From IMG/VR virus record IMGVR_UViG_3300045918_000207, positions 1-62,073 of that record: 62,073 nt of DNA; one strand, given 5' to 3'. Below the pieces are notes generated by a model that was given only the letters and a program-made list of their open reading frames with translations, was not told where the DNA came from and did not search any database. The DNA comes from a virus (taxonomy: Duplodnaviria; Caudoviricetes). The translations under genes were made by a program, and so were the position numbers. Positions 57,330-62,073 of the stretch are shown piece after piece. Position 1 is the stretch's first letter. The number at the start of each line of letters is the position of its first letter.

Positions 57330-57572
57330 TTAGTATTTGAACAAATCGGATAATGAGTTGTTTTTATGGGTATAATATGCGCTTTCCCATCCTTTAAAAG
57401 CTACTTTGGCAGGTTCACTTATCCTTTTATCATTTGCCCATATTGCCCCGTATTTAAAGTCCCCTTGTTGTATAAATATCCATTTAGCATTGGGGTAAAC
57501 TTTTAATACTTCTTTTTTGTAGCTTAATTTTATGCCGTTTACTTCTTGCGGTGGTCTGCCTTTTAAAAACAT
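57330..57572 (-). CDS. Hypothetical protein
   Basis: KEVLKVYPNAK...GWESAY. Confidence 0.55.
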   Translation of the reverse strand: MFLKGRPPQEVNGIKLSYKKEVLKVYPNAKWIFIQQGDFKYGAIWANDKRISEPAKVAFKGWESAYYTHKNNSLSDLFKY

Positions 57573-57573
57573 A

Positions 57574-57765
57574 CTAATTGGTTATAAAGGTAAAAACTGT
57601 TTTTATAATTCCTCTTTTTTCGGTTGTTTGTTCGGTGTATTTATTCAAGTCAAGCAACCTTTTAAACATTGGTTGGGTTAAAATTATTGCACCATGTAAC
57701 CCATTTATAAAAAGTTTTCTTTGTGTTTTCCCGTTTAATTGAGTAGTAACTTCTAAAGTTGTCAT
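57574..57765 (-). CDS. Hypothetical protein
   Basis: Start moved to ATG 57765, downstream of cassette copy 2. Confidence 0.55.
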   Translation of the reverse strand: MTTLEVTTQLNGKTQRKLFINGLHGAIILTQPMFKRLLDLNKYTEQTTEKRGIIKTVFTFITN

Positions 57766-57784
57766 GTTGTTTATATTTAATACT

Positions 57785-57831
57785 GTGAAGTTATTAGTAA
57801 GTTTCAATACTGCAAATTAAAATATCATTAA
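57785..57831 (-). promoter_or_regulatory. Repeated early promoter/operator cassette, copy 2
   Basis: gtgaagtta...tgcaaattaaaatatcattaa. Confidence 0.7.
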
Positions 57832-58019
57832 AGTTTACATATTGGTGCTTTCCCCTGAAATTGATTTGGAAGTACATAATTCATACCCTTGTGAGAATAG
57901 TATTTTCTACCTTCAAAAGTCTTTATTTCAGCCTCAAAAGTTCCTTTACCTATCATTGTATCTATTGAGTATAAAAGCCTCTTATTATCGCTGTATATCA
58001 TTATTATTTGTGGTTGCAT
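57828..58019 (-). CDS. Hypothetical protein
   Basis: 63-aa ORF. Confidence 0.5.
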   Translation of the reverse strand: MQPQIIMIYSDNKRLLYSIDTMIGKGTFEAEIKTFEGRKYYSHKGMNYVLPNQFQGKAPICKL

Positions 58020-58026
58020 GGTTGTT

Positions 58027-58365
58027 TTATTTACTTAGGTTATCAATTATAACGTTATCACATTTAGGGCAACCGTGATAGTCATAAAATCCACTATCGC
58101 TACTATCTGAACGGTGGATAGTTTCCCCTATTGTACCTTCCCATTTACATATCTCACATTCATATATTATTTCTTCTTTTATTCCAGTTTCATCCATCCA
58201 TTCACTTACTATCCTTTGGGCTTCATCGTGTGTTTCTCCCATTTCACCCATTCCCCTTTCCATTACTTCTCCATCACTTTCATCTATAAAAGGGGTTATC
58301 ATTAAGGTATCATATATCTTATCCTCTAATGACTTTATTTGATTTGTTGTTAGTGTATTTTGCAT
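58027..58365 (-). CDS. Hypothetical protein with C-terminal Zn ribbon
   Basis: CEICKWEG...GCPKC. Confidence 0.65.
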   Translation of the reverse strand: MQNTLTTNQIKSLEDKIYDTLMITPFIDESDGEVMERGMGEMGETHDEAQRIVSEWMDETGIKEEIIYECEICKWEGTIGETIHRSDSSDSGFYDYHGCPKCDNVIIDNLSK

Positions 58366-58464
58366 TTTATTAGATTTTAGTTATTATATAGAATATTGAT
58401 ATTAATAGTCCAATCACCCAACCAATTAGAACAGGCTTATAAAAGTTATTATCCTTATTCATTT

Positions 58465-58698
58465 TTAGTATTTTAGTTTATATGTAGTAAAATGAGTAGA
58501 TGGTTTTGTGATCGTGCAATGACTGGCTAAATTCCTTATAAACTTGTCTGCCGTTGCTTTGTGTACCTTATCCGCTTTGCCGTCTGAATATCTTAAAAAG
58601 TATCCTGCATCCGTTCCTACATATTGGTATCTTTCTAACGTTGCACCCGTACTTTCTAATGTTTTTATTAGTTTATTACAATTATTAATCGTTTCCAT
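58465..58698 (-). CDS. Hypothetical protein
   Basis: 77-aa ORF. Confidence 0.55.
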   Translation of the reverse strand: METINNCNKLIKTLESTGATLERYQYVGTDAGYFLRYSDGKADKVHKATADKFIRNLASHCTITKPSTHFTTYKLKY

Positions 58699-58736
58699 AA
58701 ATAGAGGGTATTAGTTTGTTTTTAGTTAATTAGATT

Positions 58737-59045
58737 TTATTTGTTACGAATTGATTTTATACTTTTTGCCCGTTGTACTTTGCTTACCCATTTAGCTATT
58801 TCATCGCTGCTCACATATCCTTTAACGGTATCACTCCCGAAGTTGTGCCAAACATCTGACTTATCCCATATCGCTATTTCTGCGGTGCTACAATCCCATA
58901 TTTCCTTTTTCATTGGGGCTGAATAGTCGCTATATTGCCTATTTTCACAATAATTACCTACTCCCCATTGTACCGATATGGTTAACCCGTTTTCAAAGGT
59001 TAATTGAAAACCTTTGTTTCCTGTACTTATAATTTGCTTATACAT
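58737..59045 (-). CDS. Conserved phage hypothetical protein
   Basis: GFQLTFENGLTISVQWGVGNYC...AEIAIW...VKGYVS.DE. Confidence 0.7.
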   Translation of the reverse strand: MYKQIISTGNKGFQLTFENGLTISVQWGVGNYCENRQYSDYSAPMKKEIWDCSTAEIAIWDKSDVWHNFGSDTVKGYVSSDEIAKWVSKVQRAKSIKSIRNK

Positions 59046-59085
59046 AGTTGTGTTTTTTATTAAATTAGTTATTATCTTATTTACT

Positions 59086-59424
59086 TTATAAGGTGGCTTT
59101 GTTAATTGCTTCTATTGAACTTTTATAGGACGGTGAAAACATTTTTTCTTTTAATATTGTGCTATCTGCTTGCATAGGATTCACACTATGTATGTAGTCT
59201 TGCATATTCTCTATAAGTTTGCAAGCTGCTTTTAAGGCTTCCAATAGTTCTGGGGCAGATGCTATTAACTTAGCGTTTGCCTCTGCTTCGTTAATTAGTG
59301 TAGGGTCTGAATTATATAACCCCGTTCCAACTATTGCTAAACAACCCTTATTTGATTGGTCGCTATGGATAATATAATTACCCTCTTTTCTTGTTGATTT
59401 CCAGTTACCTTGTGTATATCTCAT
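59086..59424 (-). CDS. Conserved phage hypothetical protein
   Basis: YTQGNW...EANAKLIASAPELLEAL. Confidence 0.75.
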   Translation of the reverse strand: MRYTQGNWKSTRKEGNYIIHSDQSNKGCLAIVGTGLYNSDPTLINEAEANAKLIASAPELLEALKAACKLIENMQDYIHSVNPMQADSTILKEKMFSPSYKSSIEAINKATL

Positions 59425-59470
59425 AATAAATAGATTTATTAAATTAGTTAGATTAATTAGTTATTGAAAT

Positions 59471-59737
59471 TTATTGATTTTCGATAGCTTTAAATGCTTC
59501 GGATTCTGTCTTGTACATTTTAGAGCCAAACGAACTGATTAAGTCGTATGAGCCGTATTGGTTCTTAGTTACTTTCCCAATAGTCCACCAATCATTCTCC
59601 CAAAAGGCACAATTACCTGTACTAATATTCCTGAAATATCCTTCACGGAAAGCACACCAAAAGCTATCTTGATTTTCCCAACTATCATCAATAGTGACAA
59701 AATCTTCTATCTGTAATTCAAATTGTGTAGGTTGCAT
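59471..59737 (-). CDS. Hypothetical protein
   Basis: 88-aa ORF. Confidence 0.55.
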   Translation of the reverse strand: MQPTQFELQIEDFVTIDDSWENQDSFWCAFREGYFRNISTGNCAFWENDWWTIGKVTKNQYGSYDLISSFGSKMYKTESEAFKAIENQ

Positions 59738-59784
59738 ATCTTTATTTTTTAGATTAATTAGTGATTTTAAAGTTAGTTAAGGGG

Positions 59785-59946
59785 TTAAAGGTTTTTACCT
59801 AATACTGAATTATATTTTTCAATGGTAACAAGTACGGGAGTAAGGGTATATTTAATGCCATCTTCCCATCTTAGTAATTTAACTTCTGACGGCATAAGAT
59901 ACTGGCTAAATTTTCCATTGATTGACAATTCAAATAAACGTTTCAT
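59785..59946 (-). CDS. Small hypothetical protein (53 aa, not in the ORF track)
   Basis: MKRLFELSINGKFSQY...; first ORF after cassette copy 3. Confidence 0.55.
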   Translation of the reverse strand: MKRLFELSINGKFSQYLMPSEVKLLRWEDGIKYTLTPVLVTIEKYNSVLGKNL

Positions 59947-59963
59947 AAGTTGTTATTTATAGA

Positions 59964-60010
59964 GTGAAGTTATTTATATATTGTGATACTGCAAATTAAA
60001 ATTACCTTAA
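59964..60010 (-). promoter_or_regulatory. Repeated early promoter/operator cassette, copy 3
   Basis: gtgaagtta...tgcaaattaaaattaccttaa. Confidence 0.7.
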
Positions 60011-60066
60011 AAAAATACGGGTTTAAAGGGTTTCCCGTTCCCTTGTTTGGGTTAATGAATATTAGT

Positions 60067-60465
60067 TTACAGTTCTTTTACGGTAATGGTTTTTTTATTC
60101 AAGTCAATAGTGTAGATATATTCCAGATCACCATGATTACCTACGTTAGTGGTAGGTTCGTAGCTGCCAACTTTCCAGCCAGTAGGGGCATCCAAAGTAT
60201 CTAAATTACATTTTTCAACCATCCTGCCTCCGTATGAAGGTTCTAAAGTTTTTGCAACTTCTGGGATAGTATTATATTCCATTGCCCCTATAATTACTAA
60301 CCATCCTGCGCTTTGCATGGCATCGTTACGAATAACACCATCTTTAAGCCATCTAAGGAATATGTTAAGGGTTGGCATTGTGCCATCTGGGTAACCATCT
60401 GAATGACGGTAAAAATGTACTTCGTTGTAACTGTCTTTAATGATTATTCCGGCTCTTGTTGACAT
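60067..60465 (-). CDS. Conserved phage early protein (YxHxDGYP type)
   Basis: MSTRAGI...FYRHSDGYPDG...EYIYTID. Confidence 0.75.
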   Translation of the reverse strand: MSTRAGIIIKDSYNEVHFYRHSDGYPDGTMPTLNIFLRWLKDGVIRNDAMQSAGWLVIIGAMEYNTIPEVAKTLEPSYGGRMVEKCNLDTLDAPTGWKVGSYEPTTNVGNHGDLEYIYTIDLNKKTITVKEL

Positions 60466-60541
60466 TGTATAAAGTTTATTAGTTAGATTAATGTATTAAA
60501 TAGGCAGTTATACGATACTGCCAAACGTTACAAACACCGTC

Positions 60542-61402
60542 TTAATTAGCCATTTCCAGTATATGACTAAATATCTTGCTATCGGTCTGCTTTTGAGCCT
60601 CAAACCCTTTCTTTAATTTGTTGTGCAATACTTCATTAAAAGCATTGTAACCGAGCCAAAGGTTAGGGCGGGTATTTAATACGCTGCTTTCCCTATTAAT
60701 TATATCCATTACCAAACGGGCATTTAATGATGGGTCGGGGTTCTTTTCGCTTGCCTCAAACTGAAATAAAGCCGTCTTTGCACATACTGACTTAACAAAG
60801 TCCTGAATATTAGAAACCTGTGTTTCTGCCAATACTTCAAATTTGCGCTGCAATTCGTAAAACTCATTATTCATAAACGTGCGAACAAGCCCGCTAATTT
60901 CAGGTAATACTATCTCCGCAATATCTCCCCTATGCTTAACAGAAAAGCCTATTTCTGAATGTGCTACGTGTAAGCCATTAGAACATACTTCACGAAAAAA
61001 ACCAAAATGTCCTGAAGTCTTTGCGCTGCCATCGTAGGAATTAGTAAAACGTAGCATTGGTTTAATCTTATCCATGCCGTTTTTAATGTTAATATGTAGG
61101 CTTTCATCATTCAGGATATAATCTACTGCAAATGATCTGTTTTCCCGGTTAATACTGCGAATGTCATAATTGATATCTGCATCAATCAATTTTCGTTCTA
61201 CTTCCACAAAAAATTGCTCATTAGGCAAATGCCCGTAACTGTTAGATACTACATTTACTATGCTGCCTTCGCTTATTACGACTTTTTCCAGTCCTTTACG
61301 TGTAGGCATCCCGCTAATTTCAGAAAGGCTTTTCAATTCTGAATTAACAAATACATTGTCTTGTTGCAATGCTGCTTTGAAGTTTACATTTGTACTTTTC
61401 AT
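60542..61402 (-). CDS. DUF932 family protein
   Basis: VVSNSYGHLPN, NSYDGS, FREVCSNGL, NLWLGYNAFNE. Confidence 0.88.
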   Translation of the reverse strand: MKSTNVNFKAALQQDNVFVNSELKSLSEISGMPTRKGLEKVVISEGSIVNVVSNSYGHLPNEQFFVEVERKLIDADINYDIRSINRENRSFAVDYILNDESLHINIKNGMDKIKPMLRFTNSYDGSAKTSGHFGFFREVCSNGLHVAHSEIGFSVKHRGDIAEIVLPEISGLVRTFMNNEFYELQRKFEVLAETQVSNIQDFVKSVCAKTALFQFEASEKNPDPSLNARLVMDIINRESSVLNTRPNLWLGYNAFNEVLHNKLKKGFEAQKQTDSKIFSHILEMAN

Positions 61403-61494
61403 GGTGGTGTTTGTTTATTTGGTTTGTAATTGGTTTATTTTATTGGTTAATGGTGTTATCTTGTTAGGGGTTAATCTTAGTAGGTAAGGGGTAA

Positions 61495-61689
61495 TTAGTT
61501 TCTACTTTGGTTAATTTTAAAGCCATCCCAATGTATCAATACTCTATTATCTAAGGTATTGGCAGTAATAGAATGTATGCCAGTTTTAGGACTAAGCATC
61601 CAAAATATATTGTTTTCTTGTCTAAGTTGACAATCGTTAAATTCAGCTATTAAAACTGAATTACTGATAATTTTAATCCTGCTTTGCAT
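61495..61689 (-). CDS. Hypothetical protein (first gene of right arm)
   Basis: Start likely ATG 61689 (MQSRIKII). Confidence 0.5.
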   Translation of the reverse strand: MQSRIKIISNSVLIAEFNDCQLRQENNIFWMLSPKTGIHSITANTLDNRVLIHWDGFKINQSRN

Positions 61690-61747
61690 AATTGATAATG
61701 TTTTAATGAATAATTTATACAAACCTAATCATTCTAAGTATCAATAG

Positions 61748-61943
61748 TGCAAATTAGGTAAAGTATTTTTAAAATTTAATCTTTCTTTAAGGTCGTATAG
61801 ATAATCAGTATATTATAAATATAAAAAATAGTAAATATCTTCAAATTTCCCCTATCTCCCAATAGGTAAGGGTAAGTATAATAAATTAGATAAGTCCTGA
61901 AAATAAGGCTCTAAATAGGCTTTATTTCGATTGTGCAAATTAG
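61748..61943 (-). promoter_or_regulatory. Two CTAATTTGCA promoter-like elements firing inward from the right end
   Basis: tgcaaattag at 61748-61757 and 61934-61943; same core as the repeated cassettes. Confidence 0.5.
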
Positions 61944-61946
61944 AAT

Positions 61947-62073
61947 ATAAAACACCCCAAAAACAGAAGATAACCAAACCCTGAACACATTACCCCAACC
62001 AAAGATTAAAACCCCACCATAAGCCTAATACACCCCAACAAACCAAATAACCCCCTTTCCCCTACCTATCATT
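61947..62073. repeat. Right copy of exact 127-bp terminal inverted repeat
   Basis: Reverse complement of 1-127. Confidence 0.97.

Noticed and set aside
1-62073. Stop-codon reassignment as seen in some crAss-like phages
   Set aside because: Long genes are intact in the standard code, TAG and TGA end genes at sensible points, and no suppressor tRNA was seen.
1-62073. Transposon or protein-primed linear replicon implied by the inverted ends
   Set aside because: No transposase, PolB, terminal protein or protelomerase was recognised.

Overview
The window is a near-complete genome of a tailed dsDNA phage, most likely a Bacteroidota podovirus. Evidence for the host group: TAnnTTTG-type promoters, A-rich leaders without Shine-Dalgarno sites, a DUF4373 initiator and D-[ST]-x sequons in exported proteins. 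The ends are an exact 127-bp inverted repeat. Layout: small regulatory and early genes plus a candidate ~255-nt structured RNA (0.3-6.5 kb); lambda-like replication with initiator, DnaC-like ATPase and DnaB (6.9-9.7 kb); PAPS-reductase-like, SPFH, two GroES-like and HNH genes (10-15 kb); crAss-like ring and nozzle genes, ejection proteins and a 2749-aa polyvalent protein (15-32 kb); terminase; a 10-gene glycan biosynthesis cluster between terminase and portal (34.3-40.9 kb); portal, scaffold and major capsid; a 1308-aa fibre; a holin/spanin cassette; and a minus-strand arm of small early genes ending in DUF932. The most interesting candidate system pairs the glycan cluster (2 GT25-like, GT2, GT11, GT47, GDP-mannose 3,5-epimerase, 3 methyltransferases) with the fibre. 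The fibre has a Sec-type signal peptide and 21 hand-counted Bacteroidota O-glycosylation sequons, suggesting a phage-built, methylated, possibly L-galactose-containing glycan coat on an exported fibre, the virion or the host surface. I recognised no integrase, DNA or RNA polymerase, recombinase, SSB, tRNA, CRISPR array or endolysin. All calls come from motif reading by eye; no searches or folding programs were run.
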